Shown here: positions 28,955-39,745 of the stretch, one piece after another | How positions within the stretch are numbered: position 1 is the stretch's first letter | Layout: each line of letters starts with the position of its first letter | Assembly (NCBI GenBank): GCA_965218425.1 | Contig: OZ244621.1 | Coordinates: forward strand, 3,776,001 to 3,840,000 | Length of the DNA stretch: 64,000 nt | Source: an uncultured Candidatus Binatia bacterium | GTDB lineage: Bacteria; Desulfobacterota; Binatia; UBA9968; CAXXLF01 | Direction: 5' to 3' | Position numbers and translations under genes: made by a program | Notes under the pieces: generated by a model | Database searches by the model: none | The model's input: the letters and a program-made list of their open reading frames with translations, nothing else | What the model was told of the DNA's origin: nothing

Positions 28955-31774
28955 ATGCCAAAGCAACTGGATAAAGCCTATTCCCATAATGAGGTGGAAG
29001 GACGATGGTACGCTCCGTGGGTGGACGGCGGTTTGTTTAGTCCCTCACCGGGGTCTGACCACGCCTTTTCCATAGTCATACCGCCCCCCAATGTGACGGG
29101 CTCCCTCCACATGGGCCACGCCCTCAACAATACGCTCCAAGATATTCTCTGCCGTTACAAGAGAATGGATGGCTACCGTGTGCTTTGGGTCCCTGGAACG
29201 GACCATGCCGGGATCGCGACCCAAAACGTTGTGGAACGTCAATTGGCGGACCAGGGGCTGAGCCGTTTCAAGCTGGGCCGGGATAAATTCGTCGAACAGG
29301 TTTGGGCATGGCGCGCGGAAACCGGCGGTACGATCCTAAACCAACTGAAAGCGTTAGGAGTGTCCTGCGATTGGAGCCGCGAGCGCTTCACCATGGACAA
29401 GGGACTATCCCGGGCCGTGCGGGAGGCATTTGTCAGTCTTTGGAAGGATGGACTGCTCTATCGGGCTGAGCGGCTCATCAATTGGTGCCCCCGCTGCAAA
29501 ACAGCCCTGGCCGATATTGAAGTGGTTCACGAAGAGTCGGATGGGCACCTTTGGCACATTCGCTATCCCTTGCAGGATGAGCCGTCGGAGGGTTTGGTGG
29601 TGGCAACCACCCGACCCGAAACGATGCTTGGAGACACCGCAGTGGCCGTTCACCCCGAGGACAAACGCTATCTAAGTTTTATCGGCCGAACGGTCTCCCT
29701 TCCGATCGTTGGCCGCGCTATTCCAGTTATCTCCGATTCGTTTGTGGATCCACAGTTTGGAACCGGGGCGCTCAAAATCACTCCGGGACATGACTTCAAT
29801 GATTTCGAGATTGGGGAACGACATGGTTTGGGGATCATCGGAATCTTTGACGACGAGGCTAAAATCAATCCAGCCGCTTTCAAGGATGAAGATTCCAAGG
29901 GATGGTTGGAGAACTATGCCCATAGGGATCGGACCGAGGCAAGGCGTTTGGTTGTGGAGGAATTAAAAGAAAAGGGGCTTTTGGTCAAAGTCGAAAACTA
30001 TCGCAAGGCCGTTGGTCATTGCTATCGTTGCCATACCGTCATTGAGCCCTACTCGACGCCCCAGTGGTTTGTCAAGATACAACCCTTGGCCCGGCCCGCC
30101 ATCCAGGCGGTTCGCAATGGCAAGATCAAGATTGTTCCTGAGGGTTGGGCCAATGCTTACTTTGTCTGGATGGAAAACATCAAGGACTGGTGCATTTCAC
30201 GACAGATATGGTGGGGGCATCAGATCCCGGCCTGGTACTGCAAGAACTGTGAGAAGGGAAAGGCTTCCAATGGAGGCGACGTCACCGATACCGACGATTT
30301 TACGCTGGGCCCCGATGCCAGCCCTATTGTTCAGTTGGAGGCTCCCAAGACCTGCCCCAAGTGCCGCGGCAAGGAGTTCTATCAGGATCCAGACGTCCTC
30401 GACACTTGGTTTTCGTCGGCCCTTTGGCCCTTCTCAACCCTGGGTTGGCCTAAGAAAACGAAAGATCTAAAAACCTTTTATCCTACCTCAGTGCTGGTTA
30501 CCGGCTTCGATATTCTCTTTTTCTGGGTGGCCCGTATGATCATGATGGGGCTCAAGTTTATGGGGGACATTCCCTTCCACGATGTTTACATCCATGCCTT
30601 GGTGCGTGACATGGAAGGTCAGAAGATGTCCAAGTCGAAGGGCAATGTAATTGATCCATTGGATGTGATGGGTCGGTACGGCACCGATGCCTTCCGCTTC
30701 ACCCTGGCCTCCCTGGCGGCCATGGGGCGAGACATCAAGTTGGCGCAGGAGAGAATCGGCGGCTATCAGAATTTCGTCAACAAACTTTGGAACGCTTCGC
30801 GATTTGCGTTGATGAATATTAGCGACGAAATTCAGATCAATGGGAAGCCCTCCGGTGAGTTGCTGAAGGGCAAGAAACTCAACCTGGCCGACCAGTGGAT
30901 TCTTTCCCGTTTGGCCTCCACCATTGGTGAGGCGAGAAAGGCCCTTGACTCTTACCGCTTCAATGAATATGCCCATTGCCTCTACCAATTTACTTGGCAT
31001 GAGTTCTGCGACTGGTATATCGAAATGAGTAAACTTTCTCTCAACGGCCGACTCAAGGATGATCCGTTGAAGACCCAAGCCGTCTTGGTGGTTGTGCTAA
31101 GAGAGGTGCTCCTGTTGCTCCATCCATTGATGCCTTTTGTTACGGAAGAGATTTGGCAGGGGCTGTCCTGTGAAGCTGGAAAGTCCGTCTCCCGCGGTGC
31201 CAAGAAAGCTACGGCTCAAAATACGATTATGGTTCAACCCTACCCCAAGGCGGAAGCCGGTTGGATTCAGATCGAAGTTGAAAAAAAGGTGGGATTTTTA
31301 ACGGACGTGATTCGAGCCATAAGAAATCTTCGCACTGAAATGAACTGTCCGCCCTCAAAGGAGGTCAAGATTATCTTCTCCGGTGCAGAGGAGGATCTCA
31401 AGTTTCTGCGCTCCCAGGAGTCTTACCTCATTGCCCTTGCCCGGCTTAGCGGGGCGGAGTATGGAGCTCCTGGGCAAGGACCCCAAAAGGCGGCCACGGC
31501 GGTGGTTGGAACCATGGAGATCAACCTTCCCTTTTCCGACTTGGTGAATCTGGGAGAGGAAGAAGCCAGGCTTGCCAAAGAGGTGGGTAAAGTTGAATCG
31601 GAGCTGGCCCGAACTCAAGGCAAACTGAGCAATCAACAGTTTCTTGACAAGGCCAAGCAAGAGATCATTGAAAAAGAGGAAAGAAAAGCCCAAGAATTGG
31701 AGGAAAAGATTCAAACCCTTACCCGTAGCCTCAAAAGAATCCAAGCATTGCAGGAGCAAGGGGGAGAGACCTAA
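28955..31774 (+). CDS. valS: Valine--tRNA ligase
   Basis: PPPNVTGSLHMGH, DWCISRQIWWGH, KMSKS, C-terminal coiled coil. Confidence 0.99.
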   Translation: MPKQLDKAYSHNEVEGRWYAPWVDGGLFSPSPGSDHAFSIVIPPPNVTGSLHMGHALNNTLQDILCRYKRMDGYRVLWVPGTDHAGIATQNVVERQLADQGLSRFKLGRDKFVEQVWAWRAETGGTILNQLKALGVSCDWSRERFTMDKGLSRAVREAFVSLWKDGLLYRAERLINWCPRCKTALADIEVVHEESDGHLWHIRYPLQDEPSEGLVVATTRPETMLGDTAVAVHPEDKRYLSFIGRTVSLPIVGRAIPVISDSFVDPQFGTGALKITPGHDFNDFEIGERHGLGIIGIFDDEAKINPAAFKDEDSKGWLENYAHRDRTEARRLVVEELKEKGLLVKVENYRKAVGHCYRCHTVIEPYSTPQWFVKIQPLARPAIQAVRNGKIKIVPEGWANAYFVWMENIKDWCISRQIWWGHQIPAWYCKNCEKGKASNGGDVTDTDDFTLGPDASPIVQLEAPKTCPKCRGKEFYQDPDVLDTWFSSALWPFSTLGWPKKTKDLKTFYPTSVLVTGFDILFFWVARMIMMGLKFMGDIPFHDVYIHALVRDMEGQKMSKSKGNVIDPLDVMGRYGTDAFRFTLASLAAMGRDIKLAQERIGGYQNFVNKLWNASRFALMNISDEIQINGKPSGELLKGKKLNLADQWILSRLASTIGEARKALDSYRFNEYAHCLYQFTWHEFCDWYIEMSKLSLNGRLKDDPLKTQAVLVVVLREVLLLLHPLMPFVTEEIWQGLSCEAGKSVSRGAKKATAQNTIMVQPYPKAEAGWIQIEVEKKVGFLTDVIRAIRNLRTEMNCPPSKEVKIIFSGAEEDLKFLRSQESYLIALARLSGAEYGAPGQGPQKAATAVVGTMEINLPFSDLVNLGEEEARLAKEVGKVESELARTQGKLSNQQFLDKAKQEIIEKEERKAQELEEKIQTLTRSLKRIQALQEQGGET

Positions 31775-31777
31775 GCT

Positions 31778-32635
31778 ATGGATTTACTTATCACCCCTCA
31801 AATCGAGCAGCTGCTCAAAACCGCCCTGGAGGAAGACATCGGGCCTGGAGATCTGACCACCCTCAACACTATTCCTCCAGATCTCAGATCGAGGGGGTTG
31901 TTTCGTGCCAAGCAAGACTGTGTGGTTGCAGGGGGGATACTGCTGCAAAGAATATTTTCCTTGCTTGACACGGAAATGCAAGTTCGTATTCTTTGTCACG
32001 ATGGAAGCCCGGTGTGCCGTGGGACCGTGGTGGCCGAGGCGGAGGGCTCCACAAGGGCACTCCTAATGGTAGAACGAACCGCCCTCAATTTCCTGCAGCG
32101 TCTGTCAGGCACCGCCACCTTGACCCGCCGTTATGTGGAGGCGGTGGATGGATTCCCCTGCGAAATCATAGATACGCGCAAAACAACCCCAGGGCTTCGA
32201 GCCTTGGAAAAATACGCTGTCCGGATGGGCGGCGGGACCAATCACCGTCTTGGGCTTTACGACGCGGCCCTGATCAAAGACAACCATATCGTTGCCTCGG
32301 GGTCCATCTCAAAGGCCATTGAGAAGGTTCGTGGCCATGCCCCATTTATGGCACGGATCGAAGTAGAGTGTTCCGACCTCAAGCAGATTGAAGAGGCCCT
32401 GGACGCATCTGCGGACGTCATCATGCTAGACAATATGGGGACCAAGGAAATGGCCGAAGCGGTAAAACTGATCAACAAAAGGGCCTGGGTGGAGGCCTCT
32501 GGAGGGATCAATATGGAAGTGGTGCGGGAGGTGGCCAGCACCGGAGTGGATTTTATTTCTTTAGGTGCTTTGACCCATTCCGCTCCATCGGCGGATTTCA
32601 ACATGAAGATCGATGCGGGTACGCCGAGGCCTTAG
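31778..32635 (+). CDS. nadC: Nicotinate-nucleotide diphosphorylase (quinolinate phosphoribosyltransferase)
   Basis: ERTALNFLQRLSG, DTRKTTPG, NHRLGL, IKDNH, EASGG. Confidence 0.97.
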   Translation: MDLLITPQIEQLLKTALEEDIGPGDLTTLNTIPPDLRSRGLFRAKQDCVVAGGILLQRIFSLLDTEMQVRILCHDGSPVCRGTVVAEAEGSTRALLMVERTALNFLQRLSGTATLTRRYVEAVDGFPCEIIDTRKTTPGLRALEKYAVRMGGGTNHRLGLYDAALIKDNHIVASGSISKAIEKVRGHAPFMARIEVECSDLKQIEEALDASADVIMLDNMGTKEMAEAVKLINKRAWVEASGGINMEVVREVASTGVDFISLGALTHSAPSADFNMKIDAGTPRP

Positions 32636-32641
32636 CCTTTC

Positions 32642-33466
32642 ATGAACCACGGTAATGAAATGGCCGCTACTCATCAGCTCCTTTCCCCAGATGACATTCA
32701 AAACGCCATTTCTACTGAACGCATCGGCAAAAAAATCCACTGGTTTGAGACCCTATCCTCAACCAATATTCAGGCCCACGAAATAGCACGGCAGGGGGCC
32801 GCCGAGGGTGAAATCATTGTCGCCGAAGAACAAACCCAGGGGAAGGGCAGGGCAGGGAGAAGCTGGGTTTCCCCGCCCTATTTGAATCTTTACCTGTCCT
32901 TGATCCTGCGACCAACCCTTCCCCCAAGCTGTACTCCTCAGATCACTTTGATGTCGGCTGTTGCCTTAGCCGAGACCCTTCAATCCTTTATAACGGCTCC
33001 CCCTGAAATTAAATGGCCCAATGATATTCTCGTGGAAGGGAAAAAGATTGCTGGTATTCTGACGGAGTCCTGCTGTGAGGCCCACGGGGTTGTCTATGTG
33101 GTGGTGGGGATTGGGGTTAACCTGAATTATTCCAGAGAGCAAATGCCCAAGGCCATACAAAACCAGGCAACCTCTTTCCTTATATTAGACCAAAAACCCA
33201 TGGATCGAATTGCCTTCACATCCCGATTGATTCAGGACCTCGATCGGTGCTATGGAATCCTGGCAGGGAAAGGGTTCGCCGATATCGCCAAGCGCTGGGA
33301 AAGCTTTTTCAGACTGCGGGGTAGGCAGGTGAGGGTGGATATGCCGGATGGGGTCGTCCAGGGCAAGGCGATGGGTATCGATACGGATGGGGCATTGATC
33401 CTGGAAGGGGAGGGGGGGCACCGCGAGAGGATCCTTGCGGGGGACGTGATCCCTGTCCAGACATAG
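32642..33466 (+). CDS. birA: Biotin--[acetyl-CoA carboxylase] ligase
   Basis: SSTN, QTQGKGRAGRSW, KWPND, KIAGIL. Confidence 0.96.
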   Translation: MNHGNEMAATHQLLSPDDIQNAISTERIGKKIHWFETLSSTNIQAHEIARQGAAEGEIIVAEEQTQGKGRAGRSWVSPPYLNLYLSLILRPTLPPSCTPQITLMSAVALAETLQSFITAPPEIKWPNDILVEGKKIAGILTESCCEAHGVVYVVVGIGVNLNYSREQMPKAIQNQATSFLILDQKPMDRIAFTSRLIQDLDRCYGILAGKGFADIAKRWESFFRLRGRQVRVDMPDGVVQGKAMGIDTDGALILEGEGGHRERILAGDVIPVQT

Positions 33467-33477
33467 ACCATTGAGCC

Positions 33478-34272
33478 ATGCTGCTAGCTATTGATGTAGG
33501 TAACAGCCATATCGTTTCAGGTGTCTATGAGGGGAAGAAACTACTCACTCATTGGCGCCTCCTAACTCAAGCAGAACGAACGGCGGATGAGTACGGCGCC
33601 TTGATTTCTCACCTGTCCTCCGCTAGAGGGATTGCCTGCGGTGAGATCCATTCTATCATCCTTTCCTGCGTGGTTCCGCCCGTTCTGAGTGCCATGCAGG
33701 AGCTTGGGAATCACTTCTTCGGTGTGAGTCCTCTGGTGGTGGGACCGGGGGTCAAAACCGGTATGCCGGTTCTTTACGATACCCCACGCGATGTCGGCAC
33801 GGACCGCATCGTCAATGGCGTGGCAGCCTATGAGAAATTCCATGATGCCTGCATCGTCATTGATTTTGGCACCGCCACCACCTTCGATTATATTTCCAAA
33901 AAAGGAGAATACCTGGGGGGCGCCATCGCCCCGGGTTTGCTCATTTCCACTGAGGCCCTTTTTCAAAGGGCATCGAAACTGCCGCGGGTTGAGATCTCCA
34001 AACCCAAGGAGATTGTGGGAAAAAACACGGTCCATTCCATCCAGTCAGGTATTTTTTATGGATACGTGGCAATGGTGGACGGGATCGTGGATCGGATTCA
34101 AAAGGAAAATCGAGCTCGCGCCAGGGTGATCGCCACTGGCGGTTTAGCGCCACTCATCGCCGAAGAGTCCATCGTTATCGAAGAAGTGGATGAGTTTCTG
34201 ACACTGGAAGGTTTGAGGATCATTTACGAAAGAAACGTAGTTCAAGAGGTGAAAAAAAAGGCACAACAGTAA
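33478..34272 (+). CDS. coaX: Type III pantothenate kinase
   Basis: IDVGNS, GTDR, DFGTATT, ATGG, LTLEGL. Confidence 0.96.
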   Translation: MLLAIDVGNSHIVSGVYEGKKLLTHWRLLTQAERTADEYGALISHLSSARGIACGEIHSIILSCVVPPVLSAMQELGNHFFGVSPLVVGPGVKTGMPVLYDTPRDVGTDRIVNGVAAYEKFHDACIVIDFGTATTFDYISKKGEYLGGAIAPGLLISTEALFQRASKLPRVEISKPKEIVGKNTVHSIQSGIFYGYVAMVDGIVDRIQKENRARARVIATGGLAPLIAEESIVIEEVDEFLTLEGLRIIYERNVVQEVKKKAQQ

Positions 34273-34284
34273 AAAGGCGGAGTT

Positions 34285-36384
34285 ATGGCTGCAATAGAAG
34301 TCGATAAATTCCGAAATGTGGGTATCCTGGGTCACGGCGGGTCAGGAAAAACATCTCTAGGGGAGGCCTTGCTCTTTAACGGTGGCGCCACCCAACGTCT
34401 TGGCAAAGTGGACGACGGATCGTCAGTGCTGGACTACGAGCCGGAGGAGACCAAACGCCATATTTCCATTTCCGCAGCGTTTCATTCTGTCAAATGGAAA
34501 AAGTGGGTTCTCAGTTTGGTGGATACGCCAGGTTATTCCACCTTCCTGCCGGACACGATGCATTGTATGCGTGGCTTTAGTGGTGCGGTATTTCTCTTGA
34601 ATCCATCGGTGGGACTACGCGTTGAGGCCGAGCGCCTATGGGCTCAGGCCAATGAGTACAACGTCCGGCGGCTCCTCTTTGTGAACAAGGTGGATCGAGA
34701 GGATACGGAGCCCACTGATCATGTAGAGGAGATACTGAACGGGCTTGAGGCTAAAGGGGTTCCCCTCCAGATCCCCATTGGGTTTGGGGAAAACTTCTCC
34801 GGGGTCGTGGACCTTCTAACCATGAAGGCTATTAATTTTGAAGGTGATAGCGGAAAGTCGGCCCAGTCGGAAATTCCAGAGGAGCTAAAGCAAACGGCCG
34901 AGGACGCGCGTATTCGTCTTATAGAAGGTGTCGCCGAGACGGACGACGCCATGCTGGAGAAATATCTGGAAGGCAAGGAGCTCACCCCGGAGGAAGTCAA
35001 ACAAGGAATACGTAAAGGAGTTCTCTCGGGCAACCTTTTGCCAATCCTCTACGGATCAGCAACGCGCCAGATTGGCATCGCGCAGCTTCTGGATGCCATG
35101 GTGGAATATCTCCCATCACCAACGGAGGAAGCGGAGGTTAAAGGGACGAATCCCGTCACAGGAGAGGAGGAGAGGCGATCCTTTGATTTCGGTGCTCCCT
35201 TTTCAGCCTTTGTTTTCAAGACGGTCATCGATCCTTTTGCCGGGCGACTGTCCATCATGCGTGTGCTGTCGGGAAAGATTACGTCAGACATGGGGGCGTA
35301 CAACGCCAACAAGCAGAGCAAGGAAAAAATCGGCCAGTTGCTCAAGCTGGAAGGGAAAAAACAGGAGCCGGTGACCCAGGCCGTGGCCGGAGAAATTGTC
35401 GCCGCAGGTAAACTTAAAGACGTCTCTTCCGGAAATACCCTTTGCGACGAAAAGGCACCTATCCAATTCCTCCCCTTGGCCCAGTTTCCGCCAGCCATCT
35501 CCTTTGCCCTGGAGCCAAAATCCAGGGCCGACGAGGATAAGGTCGCACCCGGTTTGCATCGCATTATGGAGGAAGATCCTGGGGTTCAAATGCACCGGGA
35601 CCAGCAGACGCGAGAATTCATCCTTTCCGGTATGGGTCAGATGCACATCGAGGTGATTGTTGAGAAGCTCAAGCGAAAATACGGCGCAGAGGTGGAGCTG
35701 AAGTCCCCCAAGGTGCCCTACCTGGAAACCATAAAGGCCGGTGCCAATGCCCAGGGCAGATACAAGAAACAATCTGGGGGAAGGGGACAGTTCGGTGATA
35801 CTTGGCTCAAGATCGAACCCTTGCAAAGGGGCAGGGGGTTTGAGTTCGTAAACAACATTGTCGGGGGAGCTATCCCGAAAAATTATATACCGGCAGTGGA
35901 AAAAGGGATCAAGGAGGCAATGGCCGGTGGATACGTTGCTCACTATCCCATGGTTGACGTTCGAGCCACCCTCTACGATGGCTCCTACCACGAGGTGGAT
36001 TCTTCCGATATGGCTTTTAAAATCGCGGGATCCATGGGATTTAAAAACGCTTTGGAAAAGGCCAAGCCGGTCCTTCTGGAACCGGTCATGTCCGTGGAGG
36101 TCACGGTGCCCGAGGATTGCATGGGAGATGCCATTGGGGACCTCAACAGCCGCAGGGGGCGGGTCCTTGGGGTGGAAGCCAGAGGGCACAATCAAATTAT
36201 CAAAGCCAGGGTGCCCATGTCGGAGATTCTCAGGTACGCTCCCGATTTGACCTCAATGACCAGTGGCCGTGGAGAATTTCAAATGTCGCTCTCGCACTAT
36301 GATGAGTTACCGGCCCATTTGACGGAAAAGGTGGTCAGGGAGAGCAAGGCGGCAAACCAGGGAGAAGGCAAAGAAAAAGACTGA
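34285..36384 (+). CDS. fusA: Elongation factor G-like protein (EF-G2 type)
   Basis: GHGGSGKT, DTPG, NKVD, KKQSGGRGQFG, DGSYHEVDSS. RHISI replaces RGITI and the gene lies outside an str operon. Confidence 0.93.
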   Translation: MAAIEVDKFRNVGILGHGGSGKTSLGEALLFNGGATQRLGKVDDGSSVLDYEPEETKRHISISAAFHSVKWKKWVLSLVDTPGYSTFLPDTMHCMRGFSGAVFLLNPSVGLRVEAERLWAQANEYNVRRLLFVNKVDREDTEPTDHVEEILNGLEAKGVPLQIPIGFGENFSGVVDLLTMKAINFEGDSGKSAQSEIPEELKQTAEDARIRLIEGVAETDDAMLEKYLEGKELTPEEVKQGIRKGVLSGNLLPILYGSATRQIGIAQLLDAMVEYLPSPTEEAEVKGTNPVTGEEERRSFDFGAPFSAFVFKTVIDPFAGRLSIMRVLSGKITSDMGAYNANKQSKEKIGQLLKLEGKKQEPVTQAVAGEIVAAGKLKDVSSGNTLCDEKAPIQFLPLAQFPPAISFALEPKSRADEDKVAPGLHRIMEEDPGVQMHRDQQTREFILSGMGQMHIEVIVEKLKRKYGAEVELKSPKVPYLETIKAGANAQGRYKKQSGGRGQFGDTWLKIEPLQRGRGFEFVNNIVGGAIPKNYIPAVEKGIKEAMAGGYVAHYPMVDVRATLYDGSYHEVDSSDMAFKIAGSMGFKNALEKAKPVLLEPVMSVEVTVPEDCMGDAIGDLNSRRGRVLGVEARGHNQIIKARVPMSEILRYAPDLTSMTSGRGEFQMSLSHYDELPAHLTEKVVRESKAANQGEGKEKD

Positions 36385-36390
36385 GGGTAA

Positions 36391-36597
36391 GTGGAAGACA
36401 GCTTTAAAAATTTCCAGGCGACACTCCTTTACTGCAACAAGTGTCGTCGTGCCATGCCGGTGCGCGAACGCCTGCTCCTCGTCCTTCCGGACGGGAACCT
36501 GTACGACTACACCTGTCAGGGCTGCGGTGATTCCGTGGGCTCGAAGAGCGACAAAATCCCTGCGAATCGAACCATCACAGATCCTTTGGTGCGGTGA
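36391..36597 (+). CDS. Small zinc-ribbon protein
   Basis: CNKC...CQGC pattern; starts 6 bp after the fusA-like stop. Confidence 0.65.
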   Translation: MEDSFKNFQATLLYCNKCRRAMPVRERLLLVLPDGNLYDYTCQGCGDSVGSKSDKIPANRTITDPLVR

Positions 36598-36921
36598 TCC
36601 CAGGGAAGCCCTCCTATTTGTTCTTGGGGAGTCCAATGACGTATTTGTTTGGCCTGTAGCGGCGCCGCGGGGGTTATCGCCACTAGATATATCCTCATAA
36701 AACGTATATAGATTAACGGATTGTAGCTTAAAATTAGAGTAAGTTATAAATTATCGGTTTATTTCTGGTCATCGCAGGTTGTATCCCATGATCAGCCGTG
36801 TGCCCACCCTGGGAACCTTATCCGGTCGGCGAAAAGGCGCGTGGAGACGGTGTTATTCCTACCGTTGATGGGGCCTATTGACAATTGGGCGTGACGGATT
36901 AAATTGATGTGGGAGCAGCCC

Positions 36922-37362
36922 ATGGTTGTTTACGATTTGATCTGCGGACAAGAGCATCAGTTTGAGGGATGGTTCCCAAGTGCCGAGGGGTTTGAGGAAC
37001 AGGTGGCAGGCCAACATCTCTCCTGTCCCGTGTGTGGCACAACGAAGGTCGTGAAGCTACCCCATGCCTGCGCCATCCACACCAAGAAAGGAGAAAAGAA
37101 GAAGCGACCTCGCCGCTCCCGGGCGCCTTCCCGTCCCCTCACTGAGACGGAGGCTAAGGAGGCCCTCCTTCGGGTGCACCACTATATACGTGAGAACTTT
37201 GAGGACGTGGGCTCCCGTTTCCCGGAGGAGGCTCGTAAGCAATTTCACGGAGAGGTTGAAAAGAAAGCCATCTACGGCACGGCCACATCGGAGGAGCGGG
37301 GGGAACTGGATGCCGACGGCGTTCCCTACGCCATTCTCCCGAAGCCGGAACTGGATAGCTAG
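36922..37362 (+). CDS. DUF1178 family protein
   Basis: YDLICGQEHQFEGWF, CPVCG, EDVGSRFPEEARK, IYG. Confidence 0.88.
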   Translation: MVVYDLICGQEHQFEGWFPSAEGFEEQVAGQHLSCPVCGTTKVVKLPHACAIHTKKGEKKKRPRRSRAPSRPLTETEAKEALLRVHHYIRENFEDVGSRFPEEARKQFHGEVEKKAIYGTATSEERGELDADGVPYAILPKPELDS

Positions 37363-37592
37363 TCATCTGCCCCATTAACTCCATCCTGGTGATTCCGCAG
37401 GGAGCCACCTTCCTCTTCTGAATTCACTAAGGCTCTTTTACGAAAATTGCTTGATTTCGTAAACTGAGAACCCCGATCCTTCCCCATTTCCCCTTAGTCG
37501 GATACGGTCAAAGAGACGTCTCGCACCACAATTAGTGACGGACGGGCTTCCTTTAATTGACAAATCACCTAAGGCTCTGATACGTCAATACC

Positions 37593-38072
37593 ATGGCCAT
37601 GGACGCACGTGAAATCCGTAACGTGATGGGGCATTTTGCCACCGGGGTAACGGTTATAACAACTAAAGACTCATCTGAAAAACCCTTTGGCCTAACGGTC
37701 AATTCCTTTACCTCTCTATCCCTGGATCCCCCACTGGTCATCGTTTGTGTGGACAAAACCGTGGATTGCTACTCCTGCTTTGATGGATCAAGAGTCTTTG
37801 CCGTCAATGTATTGGGCGAAGACCAGGAAGAACTATCGCGCCGCTTCGCCACCAAGGGAATCGAAAAGTTTAAAGGGCTCCAATGGCGCATGGGGGAACA
37901 CGGGTCGCCGCTCCTTGACGGTGTCGTCGCGACCATCGAGTGCAAGGTTCACCGCAGCTATGAAGGTGGCGACCATACCATTTTTCTCGGTGAAATATTA
38001 AACGCCACCGCCAGCGGGAATAGACCCCTGCTGTTTTTCAAAGGAAAGTACAATCGTCTACCGCCGCCCTAG
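37593..38072 (+). CDS. Flavin reductase (HpaC/RutF family)
   Basis: MGHFATGVTVIT, TVNSFTSLSLDPPL, GGDHTIFLGE. Confidence 0.93.
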   Translation: MAMDAREIRNVMGHFATGVTVITTKDSSEKPFGLTVNSFTSLSLDPPLVIVCVDKTVDCYSCFDGSRVFAVNVLGEDQEELSRRFATKGIEKFKGLQWRMGEHGSPLLDGVVATIECKVHRSYEGGDHTIFLGEILNATASGNRPLLFFKGKYNRLPPP

Positions 38073-38306
38073 ACAGAAATCACCCTTCAGGTGCTCCATC
38101 CTCATAGTTCCGGCGCTCGAAGAGCCGGCAAAAGACCGATCATCCGACTTCTACATGCTCAGGTTCAAATGGTTTTGCCAAGCACTCGGAATGCTTGCGG
38201 TTCGTTCGAATTTCAAGTAATTAAACAGGACAATCACACGGGTGGGCATAAGAGCCGGAACCTCTAACCCTCCGTCGGAATAAACCATGCAGCGAGGAGG
38301 TCCCCC

Positions 38307-39047
38307 ATGCCGGTTTCCAGTGAAAGTTTCGTCAAAGAAATCCAGGAAATGGTGCAACAAAAACACTCAAAGGATCACCCTGTGATTGGGATGATAGAAA
38401 AAGGGGAGTTGAGTCGTGAGGCTCTGAAGGGATTCGTTGGCCAGTTCTATCTATTTTTCCCGAAGCCGTTTCCCAAGCCCATCGCGGCGATGTTGGGTCG
38501 GTGTCCCGATGATGAGGTATTGGAAAAAATGTGGATTGAGAACGTGGTGGAGGAGGGGACCGGGGAAATTTCCGGTACCGACAGCCACAAAGGGCTCTAT
38601 ATTCGCTTTGCTGGGGCGCTCGGGTTTTCCAAGGAGGAGCTGAACCGAGTGGAACCGCTACCCGAAACGTTGGCCTTCGTGGATTGGCGTGAGTTGCTGA
38701 TGTACCAGAGGTCCTGGTTGGAGCTCTATGCGAGTCAAGGCTTTTGCCTCGAGGGAACGGCAAGTCCCCGCATGTCGAAGATCGTTAAAGGACTAACCCG
38801 ACATTATGGTTTCAAGATGGATTCGGAAGATATCCGGTATTGGACCCTTCATATGGGAGTGGACGAAGAGCACATGAAGGTTGGCCCCGAAGCTGTGAGA
38901 AAGTATGCCGTCACCGACGTCCAACAGGATCAGGTTCGCGAGGCCGTGCAGAAGACCCTGGATATATTCTGGTTGGCCTTTGACGGCATCAAGCGTGCCT
39001 TCGTGGACAATGACCCGTTATATTCAAAGTGGAGAAATGGGTGCTAA
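38307..39047 (+). CDS. Heme-oxygenase-like diiron enzyme (CADD/PqqC/TenA superfamily)
   Basis: HP near the N-terminus, ENVVEEG...SH, LEG, HMGVDEEH metal-ligand pattern. Confidence 0.82.
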   Translation: MPVSSESFVKEIQEMVQQKHSKDHPVIGMIEKGELSREALKGFVGQFYLFFPKPFPKPIAAMLGRCPDDEVLEKMWIENVVEEGTGEISGTDSHKGLYIRFAGALGFSKEELNRVEPLPETLAFVDWRELLMYQRSWLELYASQGFCLEGTASPRMSKIVKGLTRHYGFKMDSEDIRYWTLHMGVDEEHMKVGPEAVRKYAVTDVQQDQVREAVQKTLDIFWLAFDGIKRAFVDNDPLYSKWRNGC

Positions 39048-39066
39048 AGGGAGGAATCGGACATCC

Positions 39067-39723
39067 ATGGAAATGGTAGATCTTTCACGTGTTATCTATG
39101 ACGGTATGCCAAAGATCCCCGTTCTGCCCGATGTTCATGTGAATCAGTGTTTCAGCCTGGGAAAGGGGCACGCCCTCAATGTCACTGAGATCTCTTTACC
39201 GTGTCACGCCGGGACCCACGTGGATGCCCCCGTTCATATCATTGCCAATGGGAAGTCCATTGAAGAGATGCCGTTGGAGTCCTTCGTGGGACCTGGTGCG
39301 GTGATCCCGGTAGAAAAAAAGGGTGGGGAGGAGGTCACTGCCAGGGATTTAGAGGTCTCTGGGGTGACTGTTAACCGGGGAGATATACTGATGCTGTTTA
39401 CCGGCTGGGATACCAAGTTCGAGAGCCCGGACTACAATCTTCATCCCTATCTATCCGTGGACGCCGCTCAATGGATCGTGCAAAGAGGCGTTAAGCTATT
39501 CGGCATCGACTGTATCACGGTTGATCTTCCAACCACTCTAAGGCCAAAGGATTTTGCCTTTCCAGTGCATAAGACTCTCTTGGGCAACGAGGTACTCATC
39601 GCCGAAAATGTGAACAATCTGGGTCGGATCGTTGGGAAGAAGAGTCGGATCCTCGCCTTTCCCATCATGGTCAAGGGCAGCGACGCTGCCCACGCCCGGA
39701 TCGTTGCCGAGATCCTCGATTAG
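39067..39723 (+). CDS. Cyclase/kynurenine formamidase (KynB) family metallohydrolase
   Basis: HAGTHVDAPVH motif, VHKTLL, IAENV. Confidence 0.9.
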   Translation: MEMVDLSRVIYDGMPKIPVLPDVHVNQCFSLGKGHALNVTEISLPCHAGTHVDAPVHIIANGKSIEEMPLESFVGPGAVIPVEKKGGEEVTARDLEVSGVTVNRGDILMLFTGWDTKFESPDYNLHPYLSVDAAQWIVQRGVKLFGIDCITVDLPTTLRPKDFAFPVHKTLLGNEVLIAENVNNLGRIVGKKSRILAFPIMVKGSDAAHARIVAEILD

Positions 39724-39745
39724 CCATTAAGCTGAGGAGAGAACT

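Noticed and set aside
32839..32857. KOPS (GGGNAGGG) polarity toward dif, including three overlapping copies here
   Set aside because: Opposite-orientation copies also occur (for example 8538, 32917, 47678, 51611); a proper count is needed, so it was not used as evidence.
35284..36195. Long antisense ORFs (this 303-aa one, 20407-21054, 39788-40462 and others)
   Set aside because: They are shadows of well-supported genes on the opposite strand and have no recognisable motifs.
38152..38270. Short matches shared between intergenic regions (TACATGCTCAG with 62825; CCTCTAACCC with 56431)
   Set aside because: Matches of 10-11 nt are expected by chance and there is no extended similarity.
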